Below are positions 40,102 to 49,164 of a DNA stretch of 64,000 nt, piece by piece. The notes under the pieces were generated by a model that did not search any database, had not been told where the DNA came from, and saw only the letters and a list, made by a program, of their open reading frames with translations. The first letter of the stretch is position 1, and the number at the start of each line of letters is the position of its first letter. The translations under genes were made by a program, and so were the position numbers. This DNA is from an uncultured Desulfospira sp. GTDB taxonomy: Bacteria > Desulfobacterota > Desulfobacteria > Desulfobacterales > Desulfobacteraceae. The DNA is taken from positions 5,184,001-5,248,000 of the forward strand of contig OY760175.1 of the NCBI GenBank assembly GCA_963663165.1, read 5' to 3'.

Positions 40102-40404
40102 ATGCTGACCGCCGTATCCAACATAAATTTTACAACCGGATATCAGGTTCAGCAGGCTGTTTTAGACAATTCATCCAATACCACAAACACCTCCGGGGAA
40201 CAGGCCAACACTGAAGATAAAGTGAGCCTGTCCCAAAAAAGCGGCGCGATTGAGCAGGCATATGCCCAGAAAAAATCTGAATTGGAGCAGACATATAACA
40301 GCGAAGTCCAAAAGCTTGAAAGAGAGTACGAGCAGGACAGAAAACAGCTTGATAAAGAACTTAGCCGGAAAAAACAGGCTTTAGGGGTAAATATTTACGC
40401 CTGA
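40102..40404 (+). CDS. Hypothetical protein (low-complexity N-terminus, coiled-coil C-terminus)
   Basis: GAGGG RBS; DKVSLS motif, heptad region, ends GVNIYA. Confidence 0.7.
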   Translation: MLTAVSNINFTTGYQVQQAVLDNSSNTTNTSGEQANTEDKVSLSQKSGAIEQAYAQKKSELEQTYNSEVQKLEREYEQDRKQLDKELSRKKQALGVNIYA

Positions 40405-40459
40405 ACCTTAACCTGTCGACCGGCCCGCATTAAGGTTTTTTAGACTGTGGGTTGCCATG

Positions 40460-40505
40460 CCCGTGAATTCATCTTCATTCGGGGAAGAATTTACGGGTTT
40501 TTTTA
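40460..40505 (+). terminator. Intrinsic terminator
   Basis: CCCGTGAATTC...GAATTTACGGG followed by a T7 run. Confidence 0.65.
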
Positions 40506-40677
40506 TGAAAAATCAGATCCATGACGGGTCAGCCGGTATGAATCACAACCCCTGGCATTTATCCCATCACTTTTTTAAATGAATTTTTTATGGCGGTAAG
40601 TTTTGGATTGTAATAAAAAATTAAAATTGGTATCAGCATCCCGGCGATCATAACCCCTGAAGTTCAGTTGAGATAAC

Positions 40678-41409
40678 ATGGCCAACATTATTGACGTACA
40701 AGATCTGAAAAAATCATATAACGGTGCGCCTGCCGTTGAGGGCGTAAGCCTTTCCATCGGTCCGGGCACCTGCTACGGGCTGTTAGGCCCTAACGGGGCC
40801 GGGAAAACCACTACTGTAGAAATGATGGAAGATATCCTGGCACCGGATTCAGGCAGCATTCTGTACAAGGGGAACCCCAGGGGGACGCTGTTCAAACAGG
40901 AAGTGGGCATTCAGTTTCAGCAGACCGAACTGTTTTCCTTTTTAACGGTTTTGGAGACCTTGAGGACCTTCGCTGCTTTTTATGACCATCCGCTGCCTGT
41001 GGAACAGGTCATGGCCATGTGCATGCTGGACAGTATTCAAGATAAAATGAACAATAAAATTTCAGGGGGCCAGCGCCAGCGGCTGCTGCTTGCCCTTGCC
41101 CTGATCAATGATCCGGATCTGATCTTCCTGGACGAACCTTCCACGGGCCTGGACCCCCAGGCCCGTCAGCACGTGTGGCAGATCATTAAAGATATCAAGG
41201 CCCGGGGAAAAACCGTTGTCCTGACCACCCATTACATGGAAGAGGCCACGGTGTTGTGCGACACCTTAGGGATCATGGATCAGGGCCGCATTATTGAGAC
41301 TGGTACCCCGGGCCGGCTCATTGAGCGGCACTGCAGTAAAATGGCCCCTGAAAAACGGAACCTGGAATCCGTATTTCTCAAATTAACCGGAAAGCGCCTG
41401 AGGGAATAA
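40678..41409 (+). CDS. ABC-2 type transporter ATP-binding protein
   Basis: GPNGAGKTT, ISGGQRQR, LDEPSTGLDP, TTHYMEEA. Confidence 0.93.
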   Translation: MANIIDVQDLKKSYNGAPAVEGVSLSIGPGTCYGLLGPNGAGKTTTVEMMEDILAPDSGSILYKGNPRGTLFKQEVGIQFQQTELFSFLTVLETLRTFAAFYDHPLPVEQVMAMCMLDSIQDKMNNKISGGQRQRLLLALALINDPDLIFLDEPSTGLDPQARQHVWQIIKDIKARGKTVVLTTHYMEEATVLCDTLGIMDQGRIIETGTPGRLIERHCSKMAPEKRNLESVFLKLTGKRLRE

Positions 41410-41413
41410 GGGG

Positions 41414-42466
41414 ATGAAATTTAGAAGAATATGGGTTCTGTTCCTGGCGCGAAACCGTGAATTTTACAGGGACAAGGCAGGCTTTGGCTGGAACATCCTG
41501 TTTCCTTTTTTAATTGTGATCGGATTTGGCCTGATGTTCGGGACCGGCGCCAAAAAGGAGTTCAAGGCCGGGATTTTTCCGGTTTCAGATTCACCGGGCT
41601 GGACAGCATCTTTGAACATTCCGGAAAAGTTTAAGGCCAATGGTGTTATACAAATGGTCCCCCTGGCATCAAAGGATCGGGGCCTGGACCTGCTGATTCA
41701 CCATAAAATTGATATTCTCATAGAAAACAATACCGCTCCTTTGGCTTACTGGCTCAATGATTCATCTCCCAAAGGACGGCTGATGGAAAAAGTGGTTAAA
41801 GAGGCCATGATCCCGGAATCCCGGTTTGAAGGGCTGGTGGTCCGCCAGGCCATTAAAGGAGAGCAGGTCCGATATATTGACTGGCTGTTTCCCGGCATTC
41901 TTGGTATGAACATGATGTTTTCAGCCTTTTTTGGGGTGGGATACGTCATTGTCCGGTATCGGCGAAGCGGGGTTCTTAAACGATTGAAAGCTACGCCTGT
42001 GAGCGCCTTTGAATATCTGACCGCCCAGCTCATATCCCGGGTGGTGATCCTGATGGTTTCGTGTGCCCTGGTATGGGCCGGTTGTGATCTGATTTTTTCC
42101 TTTCAGATGAAAGGCAGTTACCTGGATGCGTTTCTGGTGTTTCTGGCCGGGACCATCTGCCTGATTGCCTTCGGGCTGGTGCTGGCCTCAAGAGGTATCA
42201 ATGAGGAGCTGACCTCGGGAGTGATCAACTTTATCTGTTGGCCCATGATGTTTTTGTCTGAAGTCTGGTTCTCCATTGAAGGGTCTTCGGAATGGATTAA
42301 AACCGTGTCATCCTGTCTGCCGCTCACCCATTTTTTAAGGGCGGCCCGGGCCGTGATCAACGATGGGGCGGGGCTTTCCCAGGTTTCCCATGAACTTTTT
42401 GTCATGGGCGTGATGAGCCTGGTATGTCTGGCCATTGGTGCCTGGATGTTTTCGTGGACCAAATGA
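41414..42466 (+). CDS. ABC-2 type transporter permease
   Basis: YIDWLFPGILGM, LKRLKATP, PLTH motifs; TM segments. Confidence 0.9.
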   Translation: MKFRRIWVLFLARNREFYRDKAGFGWNILFPFLIVIGFGLMFGTGAKKEFKAGIFPVSDSPGWTASLNIPEKFKANGVIQMVPLASKDRGLDLLIHHKIDILIENNTAPLAYWLNDSSPKGRLMEKVVKEAMIPESRFEGLVVRQAIKGEQVRYIDWLFPGILGMNMMFSAFFGVGYVIVRYRRSGVLKRLKATPVSAFEYLTAQLISRVVILMVSCALVWAGCDLIFSFQMKGSYLDAFLVFLAGTICLIAFGLVLASRGINEELTSGVINFICWPMMFLSEVWFSIEGSSEWIKTVSSCLPLTHFLRAARAVINDGAGLSQVSHELFVMGVMSLVCLAIGAWMFSWTK

Positions 42467-42469
42467 AAT

Positions 42470-42573
42470 AGGTAATTAGGCTGAAGGTTTTTAGACTGAA
42501 GGCTGAAGATAATTGGGTTGGGATTCACATCTTTTAGCCTAAACCCCTTCAGCCTAAATCCCTAAGCCCCTAA
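42470..42573. repeat. 7-bp-periodic hairpin repeat, GGCTGAA family
   Basis: aggtaattaggctgaagg..agactgaaggctgaag ... cttttagcctaa..ccttcagcctaa; related copy at 45930-46010. Confidence 0.75.
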
Positions 42574-42594
42574 ACTGCTAACGGAGGTTAACAT

Positions 42595-44043
42595 ATGAAA
42601 CCGGTAGTGGCCCTTCTTGGCCGGCCCAATGTGGGGAAATCCACGTTGTTTAACCGAATTGTCAAGTCCCGCCAGGCCATTGTGGACGACATGCCCGGGG
42701 TGACCCGGGACCGTCATTACGGGGATGCGGTCTGGGAGGACAAGGCCTTTACCCTGATTGACACCGGCGGGTTTTTAAGCGCGGATGACGATTATTTTGC
42801 CTCCCAGATCAAGGAGCAGCTTACGGCCGCCGTGGACCAGGCCGATGCCCTGGTATTGATCCTGGACGGCCGGGCCGGCCTGTCTCCCTTTGACCGGGAC
42901 CTTTCCGATATGCTCAGAAAGACCGAGAAACCCGTGTTTTACCTGATCAACAAGATTGAAAGTCTAAGGCAGGAAGGTGAGCTCGGGGACTTTTACACCC
43001 TGGGCATTGACCGGTTTTACCTGGTGTCTGCCGAACATGGTTTAGGGGTGGGCGATTTTCTGGACGACCTGGTCAAAGATTTTCCGGAAAGTGAAGAAGA
43101 AAAAGAGGAAAACCTGCCCATCCGGGTGGCCATTGTAGGCCGCCCCAATGTGGGCAAGTCCTCTCTGGCCAACCGGCTGTTCGGGGAAAACCGGGTGGTG
43201 GTCAATGAAAAGGCCGGCACCACAAGGGACGCCATTGAACTGAGCGTGGTCTACAACGATAAAGAATTTACCCTGGTGGATACGGCCGGGATCAGAAGAA
43301 AGGGAAAGGTCACCCAGAAGCTTGAAAAATTTTCCATCCTCAAATCTTTAAAGTCCATGGACGACTGTGATGTGGCCCTGATCCTCATTGACTGTGAAGA
43401 GGGGATCACAGACCAGGATATCACCATTGCCGGGTATGCGGAAAAAAGAGGGTGCGGGGCCGTGTTTGTACTGAACAAATGGGATCTGGTGGACAAAACC
43501 CAGACCAGTGAGAAACAGTTCTTAGATGACTTGCGGTACAAGGCCAAATTTTTATCCTATGCCCCGGCCGTTACCGTGTCGGCCCTTACCGGCCAGCGGT
43601 GCCACAGGATATTGGGCATGGCCGCCAAGGTTTATGAGGAATACGGCCACCGGGTCAACACCGGGACCGTGAACCGGATCATTGAAGATGCGGTCTACAG
43701 AGAGGAGCCCTCCCTTCACAAAGGGCGCAGGATCAGGTTTTTTTATGCCACCCAGGTGGCGGTGAAGCCGCCTTGTTTTGTCTGTTTTGTGAACTATCCC
43801 AAGGCGGTCCATTTTTCATACCACCGGTATCTGATGAACCAGCTGCGGCAGATGATCCCTTTAAAACTGACGCCCATCCGGCTTTACTTCAGGGAAAAGA
43901 CCGGAAAAATTGATTTTTCCGCCAAAACAAAAGAATCTGAGCGGATTAAAGAAAAGAAAAGCAGGATTACGGCCAAACGCCAGAAACAGCGAAAAGACCA
44001 GAGCCGGAAAAAAAGGGCACGGGATCAGGGTAAAGGGGTTTAA
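42595..44043 (+). CDS. der: Ribosome biogenesis GTPase Der (EngA)
   Basis: Two G-domains (GRPNVGKS twice, DTGG/DTAG, NKWD) plus a KH-like domain. Confidence 0.97.
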   Translation: MKPVVALLGRPNVGKSTLFNRIVKSRQAIVDDMPGVTRDRHYGDAVWEDKAFTLIDTGGFLSADDDYFASQIKEQLTAAVDQADALVLILDGRAGLSPFDRDLSDMLRKTEKPVFYLINKIESLRQEGELGDFYTLGIDRFYLVSAEHGLGVGDFLDDLVKDFPESEEEKEENLPIRVAIVGRPNVGKSSLANRLFGENRVVVNEKAGTTRDAIELSVVYNDKEFTLVDTAGIRRKGKVTQKLEKFSILKSLKSMDDCDVALILIDCEEGITDQDITIAGYAEKRGCGAVFVLNKWDLVDKTQTSEKQFLDDLRYKAKFLSYAPAVTVSALTGQRCHRILGMAAKVYEEYGHRVNTGTVNRIIEDAVYREEPSLHKGRRIRFFYATQVAVKPPCFVCFVNYPKAVHFSYHRYLMNQLRQMIPLKLTPIRLYFREKTGKIDFSAKTKESERIKEKKSRITAKRQKQRKDQSRKKRARDQGKGV

Positions 44044-45368
44044 TGGACCTGTTTGAATCAAATGCACAGGAAGACCTGGCCGGCACCGCCCCTTTGGCGG
44101 ACCGGATGCGGCCTTTGGTTCTTTCCGAGCTGGTGGGGCAGGATCATATCACCCGGGAGGGCAGTCTTCTGGCCCAGGCCATTGCCCACGACCGGGTGTT
44201 TTCCATGATTCTGTGGGGACCGCCCGGATGTGGGAAAACCACACTGGCCGGGATTATTGCCAACCAGACCCGGTGTGAGTTTGTCCGGATTTCTGCCGTG
44301 CTGGCCGGGGTAAAGGATGTCCGGCAGGTGATTGACCGGGCAAAGGAGCTTCGAAGGCTTTACAAACAACGGACCCTGCTGTTCGTGGATGAGATCCACC
44401 GGTTTAACAAGGCCCAGCAGGACGCCTTTCTTCACCATGTGGAAACCGGTCTGATCACCCTGGTGGGGGCCACCACGGAAAACCCGTCTTTTGCCGTGAT
44501 CCCGGCGTTGGTGTCCCGGTGCCGGGTGTTTGCCCTCAAAAGCCTTGAACCCGGCCATATTGTCCGGATTCTGACCCGGGCGGCAACAGGCAAAAAAAAG
44601 GGCCTGGGTCTTTTACCTGATGTGTTTTCACCGGAAGCCCTGTCCCATATTGCCCGGGTGTCGGACGGGGATGCCCGGACCGCTCTCACCAACCTTGAAA
44701 CGGCGGCCCTTTATTTTAGAGACAAAGAAACCATCACCGTTCAGGATGTTGAAACGGCAGTGGAAAAAAAGTCGTTGCTTTACGACAAGGCCGGAGAAGA
44801 GCATTTTAACCTGATTTCCGCCTTTATCAAGAGCATGCGGGGCTCTGACCCGGACGCGGCCATGTACTGGATGGAACGGATGCTGGCCGCAGGGGACGAC
44901 CCCTGTTACCTGATCCGGCGCATGATCCGGTTTGCCACAGAAGACATTGGCATGGCCGATCCCGGGGCCCTGACCATGGCCCTTAATGCCGGTGAATCTT
45001 TTAGAATTTTAGGAAGGCCCGAAGGGGACGGCTCTCTGTTCCAGGCGGCGGTTTATCTTGCCACAGCCCCCAAAAGCAACTCCGTGTATGCGGCCCAGAA
45101 ACAGGTTAAGCAGACCATTCAGGAAACCGGTTATGCACCGGTCCCCCTCCATATCCGGAATGCGCCCACAAAGCTGATGAAAGAGATGAACTACGGCAAG
45201 GGATATAAATACGCCCATGACTACAAAGGCGGATTTGTTCCCCAGTCCTATCTTCCGGAAACGCTTTCCGGCAGCAGGTTTTACTTTCCCACGGACCGGG
45301 GATACGAGGCCACGGTCAAACAGCGGCTGGAAGCCTGGTTAAAGCTCAAGAATCAGAACCCGGTTTGA
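44043..45368 (+). CDS. rarA: Replication-associated recombination protein A
   Basis: PLADRMRP, GPPGCGKTT, VDEIHRFNKAQQD, SAFIKSMRGSD, GYKYAH. Confidence 0.95.
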   Translation: MDLFESNAQEDLAGTAPLADRMRPLVLSELVGQDHITREGSLLAQAIAHDRVFSMILWGPPGCGKTTLAGIIANQTRCEFVRISAVLAGVKDVRQVIDRAKELRRLYKQRTLLFVDEIHRFNKAQQDAFLHHVETGLITLVGATTENPSFAVIPALVSRCRVFALKSLEPGHIVRILTRAATGKKKGLGLLPDVFSPEALSHIARVSDGDARTALTNLETAALYFRDKETITVQDVETAVEKKSLLYDKAGEEHFNLISAFIKSMRGSDPDAAMYWMERMLAAGDDPCYLIRRMIRFATEDIGMADPGALTMALNAGESFRILGRPEGDGSLFQAAVYLATAPKSNSVYAAQKQVKQTIQETGYAPVPLHIRNAPTKLMKEMNYGKGYKYAHDYKGGFVPQSYLPETLSGSRFYFPTDRGYEATVKQRLEAWLKLKNQNPV

Positions 45369-45376
45369 TCCAAGCC

Positions 45377-45769
45377 TTATTTTGTAAGCCACTCAACCGC
45401 TTCTTTCCGGCTGTCGAAAAATTTTATATTTTCCGGAGAATCACTGGCCCAGTATTCGTAAAACAATGTGACTGTTCTTGAATTTCCTTTAGATGTAATC
45501 GCTGCAGTTTTTTTTGACTCAATTCCATGGCGTTTATAGTATGCGCTTATTCATAGGGCCAACCCGATTATCCCCGAACTGGTGATTTCTGAAAAATCTG
45601 CCATGGTAAGATCTGCCAGTTCGGGAAATTCGGGAGTCCAAAGAGGGCTCTTTTCAAAGGCCGCGTAAAAAACCTCATACAAAGGAACCAGTTCATCATC
45701 ATATATTTTGCCTTTCCAATGGGTGATGAAATATTTACCACTCTCATGGATCATGATATTAATCGGCAT
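45377..45769 (-). pseudogene. SpoIIAA/STAS-like small protein interrupted by in-frame TGA
   Basis: After TGA at 45551-45553 the same frame continues for 57 codons (ISAYYKRHG...FFDSRKEAVEWLTK*), ending in the F-x-S-x-x-EA-x-x-WL pattern of this family. Confidence 0.7.
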
Positions 45770-45929
45770 TATTGGCCTCCGCTCGGCATCATAAAATCAG
45801 TATATCGTCCACGCATCCATAATATACTTAATAATTGTTTGAAAAATAATCAACTCGTTTAAAGGTTGAATGCAAGGTAACCCAAGGTAACCGCGTTTGA
45901 AATAATATATTTATTCTCCAATTATGTAA

Positions 45930-46010
45930 GGATTTAGGCTGAAGACTGAAGGCTGAAGGGGTTTAGGGTTGCGTATCCCTTCAGCCTAACCACCTTCAGT
46001 CTAATTACCT
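45930..46010. repeat. 7-bp-periodic hairpin repeat, GGCTGAA family
   Basis: ttaggctgaagactgaaggctgaagg ... cccttcagcctaaccaccttcagtctaattacct. Confidence 0.75.
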
Positions 46011-46110
46011 TTTCTACATATTAACTTTACAACCGATATCAGAAGATCATACCGGATTATAACCGCTGGGCCGCTTGAACATTAGTTAAAAACAGTGTAA
46101 TCCGGTTGGC

Positions 46111-46668
46111 ATGCAACAGAAAAACCATATTGTCCCCTGGCAAAACGCCTCTGAATGGAATGAGATCGGCCTGTTTTTCAGGCGGGTTGATCGGGCTCAT
46201 CAGGGGGACTTTAACCGGGTCAGAAAAACAGTTAAGACAATTTTTACCCTTTATGAAAGTCTTTCCGGCCCCATGGATGAGCTGTGCGCGCTTACCTGCC
46301 CGGACTGCCGGGACAGCTGCTGTAAACGGGCAACAGTCTGGTATGATTTTAAAGACCTTGTTTTTTTCTTTTATGCCTTTGGCCGGATGCCTGAAAGCCA
46401 GGTATGCAAGATCCCTCTGGAAAATCAGGGGACCGGCTGTTGCCATCTGGCCTGCCGGGGGTGCCGGCTTTTGCGGCAGCAGCGGCCCTTTATCTGCTCC
46501 TGGTACATTTGTGCTGCACAATCTCGCCTCATCCAGGCCCATCCTTTGGAATACCGGCAGGTTCCGGAAATTGTGGCGCAAATAAAAACCTTTAGAAACA
46601 GTATGGAATCAGAATTCTGCCGTGTATCCGCCCTGGCCCCTGTTCACCGCACCACGGCTGTGGTATAA
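46111..46668 (+). CDS. Cys-cluster protein (CxxCxxxCC, YkgJ-like)
   Basis: CALTCPDCRDSCC and CCHLACRGC...RPFICSWYIC. Confidence 0.7.
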   Translation: MQQKNHIVPWQNASEWNEIGLFFRRVDRAHQGDFNRVRKTVKTIFTLYESLSGPMDELCALTCPDCRDSCCKRATVWYDFKDLVFFFYAFGRMPESQVCKIPLENQGTGCCHLACRGCRLLRQQRPFICSWYICAAQSRLIQAHPLEYRQVPEIVAQIKTFRNSMESEFCRVSALAPVHRTTAVV

Positions 46669-46766
46669 CAGCCATACCCTAAAGGGCGTAACCCGGGCTG
46701 ATTTGGAGGGATGACCTTGAGGGACTGCCCGCAATAAACCATGATAAATTTAAGGATGCCGGAAAA

Positions 46767-47069
46767 ATGGCGTTAAAAGGATCACAGAAACGATATTTAA
46801 GGGGGCTTGCCCACAAGCTGAACCCTGCTGCTTTTGTGGGGCAGCACGGGGTTACCCCATCGGTGATGGAAGAAATTGACAAAGCCCTTGATGCTGCAGA
46901 ACTCATTAAGGTCAAGTTCGTGGATCACAAGGACAAAGAAATCAAAACCGCTCTGGTGGATGAAATCTGCAAGCGCTCAGGGGCAACCCTTGCCGGGATG
47001 GTGGGCCATGTGGCCATCTTGTTCAGGCAGAACCCTGATCCTGAAAAGCGAAAAATTAAGATCCCTTAA
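46767..47069 (+). CDS. yhbY: Ribosome assembly RNA-binding protein YhbY (CRM domain)
   Basis: QKRYLRGLAHKLNP, ELIKVK, VGH. Confidence 0.92.
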   Translation: MALKGSQKRYLRGLAHKLNPAAFVGQHGVTPSVMEEIDKALDAAELIKVKFVDHKDKEIKTALVDEICKRSGATLAGMVGHVAILFRQNPDPEKRKIKIP

Positions 47070-47105
47070 GATCCTGTGCCGGCTGCTTAAAAAAAGTGTT
47101 TGCCC

Positions 47106-47984
47106 ATGCCTGAAGTTTGTATTCAGTCCCTTAAAGGAAATCCCATGCGCCTGGACGGCGGCGCCATGTTCGGAAATGCCCCCAAAGATCTGTGGGGCAG
47201 ATGGATGGCGGCCGATGACCGGAACATGATCGACATTGCCTCTAACTGCCTGCTGGTCAGGACCCCTGACGCCTGTCTGTTGTTTGAAACCGGCACCGGG
47301 GCATTTTTATCCCCTGAAATGAAACACCGGTTCGGGGTGGTCGGGGAGGATCATGTTTTGCTGTCTTCGCTAAAAAAAGAGGGGCTTGACCACAAAGACA
47401 TCACCCATGTCATTTTGTCCCACCTTCACTTTGACCACAGCGGCGGCCTTTTAACGGCCTATGATCCGGACCGGAAACCTGCGCTGTTGTTCCCCAATGC
47501 CCGGTATATTGCCGGGCGGGCCAATGTCGAGCGTTCGGGGTCGCCCCACATCAGAGACCGGGCCTCGTTTATTCCGGGGCTTGCTGAACTTCTGGAACAA
47601 AGCGGCCGCCTGGACCTTAAAGAAAATGGGGACCGGCTTGGCCTGGAGGGCGTGGACATTGAGTTCTTTGAAAGCCATGGGCATACCCCGGGAATGCTGG
47701 TTTCATTTATCCGGGCGGCCGGGGTTAACCTGGTGTTTACAGGAGACCTGTCTCCGGGACACCATTGGGTTGACCTGCCCATCACCATGGGGTATGACCG
47801 GTATCCTGAGCTGCTGGTTAATGAAAAACATGAAATGCTGAAGCGCGCCATGGATCTCGATGCCTGGGTGGTGTACCCCCACGGGGAGTATCCGGCATCA
47901 AAACTGGCAGTGGATGAAAAGAAAAAACGGTTTGTCCCGGTGGACCTAACGTCAAAGCTTCACCTGGCTGAGGCTTTATCTTAA
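47106..47984 (+). CDS. MBL-fold metallohydrolase (YtnP-like)
   Basis: LDGGAMFG, HLHFDHSGG, GHTPG, GDL, MGYD. Confidence 0.9.
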   Translation: MPEVCIQSLKGNPMRLDGGAMFGNAPKDLWGRWMAADDRNMIDIASNCLLVRTPDACLLFETGTGAFLSPEMKHRFGVVGEDHVLLSSLKKEGLDHKDITHVILSHLHFDHSGGLLTAYDPDRKPALLFPNARYIAGRANVERSGSPHIRDRASFIPGLAELLEQSGRLDLKENGDRLGLEGVDIEFFESHGHTPGMLVSFIRAAGVNLVFTGDLSPGHHWVDLPITMGYDRYPELLVNEKHEMLKRAMDLDAWVVYPHGEYPASKLAVDEKKKRFVPVDLTSKLHLAEALS

Positions 47985-48006
47985 AGAAAATAATAAGGAA
48001 AAATAA

Positions 48007-49074
48007 ATGAAAGTCGGCATTATTGGTTTGCCCCAGACAGGCAAAAAGACATTGTTTCAGATTTTAACGGGGAACGAGATCACGGATCCGGCCAAGGCGT
48101 TTAAACCGGTTCCGGGCGCTGCCGATATTCAGGATTCCCGGTTTGACACCCTGGTCAGCCTGTATGATCCCAAAAAACAGGTCCGGGCCCGCCTGGACCT
48201 GACGCTGCTGCCCAAGATGGAGGCCGAGACCATTGCCCGGGGGGATATTTTCAAAGACATTGCCGACATGGATGCGGTCTGCCATGTGGTCCGGGCCTTT
48301 GAGGACGAGGCGGTCTACCATTCAGAAGGGTCTGTGGATGCCCTGCGGGATTTTGACATGGTGAACTCCGAGCTGATCATGCATGACCAGATTTTTGTGG
48401 AAAAAAGAATCGAGCGGCTCACGGCCATGGTCAAGAAGATCAAGGACGAAACCCAGGTCAAAGAGCTGGACCTCATGAACCGGATGAAAGATCATCTGGA
48501 AGCGGAAAAGCCCCTTCGCCTCATGGCATTGTCCGAAGATGATGAAAAGCTGATCCGAAGCTATCCGTTTATTACCCGCAAAAAGCTGGTCATTGCCGTG
48601 AACGTGTCCGAGGATGATCTGGGCGGGGATATTCTGGACGGATTTAAAGAAAGCTGCCTTGCCCAGGATATTGAGGCCATGGCCATATCGGCCAAGGTCG
48701 AGGCGGAAATCGCCATGCTGGATACAATGGAAGAAAAAAAAGAGTTTCTCGAAGACCTGGGCATTGAAGAAACTGCACTGGAACTGCTCACCCGGCTTTG
48801 CCTGAAAAGCCTGAACCTGATCTCTTTTTTCACCGTGGGCAAAGACGAGGTCAGGCAGTGGCTGGTCAGAAAGGATGCCACGGCGCCCAAGGCAGCCGGC
48901 GTGATTCATTCAGACCTTGAACGGGGGTTTATCCGGGCCGAAGTCTTTAAATATGATGAACTGGCAGCGTTGGGATCCGAAGCCGAACTCAAGAAAAACG
49001 GCAAGTTTTACGTGGAAGGCAAGGATTATCAGGTTCAGGACGGGGATATTCTGAATATCCGGTTTTCGGTGTAG
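48007..49074 (+). CDS. ychF: YchF-like ATPase (DUF933/TGS C-terminus), variant motifs
   Basis: HVVRAF, FFTVGKDEVR, AAGVIHSDLERGFIRAEV, EGKDY.VQDGD. P-loop reads GLPQTGKKT. Confidence 0.8.
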   Translation: MKVGIIGLPQTGKKTLFQILTGNEITDPAKAFKPVPGAADIQDSRFDTLVSLYDPKKQVRARLDLTLLPKMEAETIARGDIFKDIADMDAVCHVVRAFEDEAVYHSEGSVDALRDFDMVNSELIMHDQIFVEKRIERLTAMVKKIKDETQVKELDLMNRMKDHLEAEKPLRLMALSEDDEKLIRSYPFITRKKLVIAVNVSEDDLGGDILDGFKESCLAQDIEAMAISAKVEAEIAMLDTMEEKKEFLEDLGIEETALELLTRLCLKSLNLISFFTVGKDEVRQWLVRKDATAPKAAGVIHSDLERGFIRAEVFKYDELAALGSEAELKKNGKFYVEGKDYQVQDGDILNIRFSV

Positions 49075-49086
49075 CGGCTGAAAGGC

Positions 49087-49158
49087 ATTAGCCGTTAGCA
49101 ATCAGCTTTTAGCTGTTAGCTATCTGAACAGCATCGCCTGCTAACAGCTGACAGCTAA
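49087..49158. repeat. 7-bp-periodic hairpin repeat, TTAGCTG family
   Basis: ttagccg ttagcaa tcagctt ttagctg ttagcta ... gctaa cagctga cagctaa, between convergent genes. Confidence 0.75.
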
Positions 49159-49164
49159 TATAAA

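Noticed and set aside
46057..46595. Overlapping alternative ORFs around the Cys-cluster gene
   Set aside because: Only 46111-46668 has a coherent Cys motif pattern and an ATG start.
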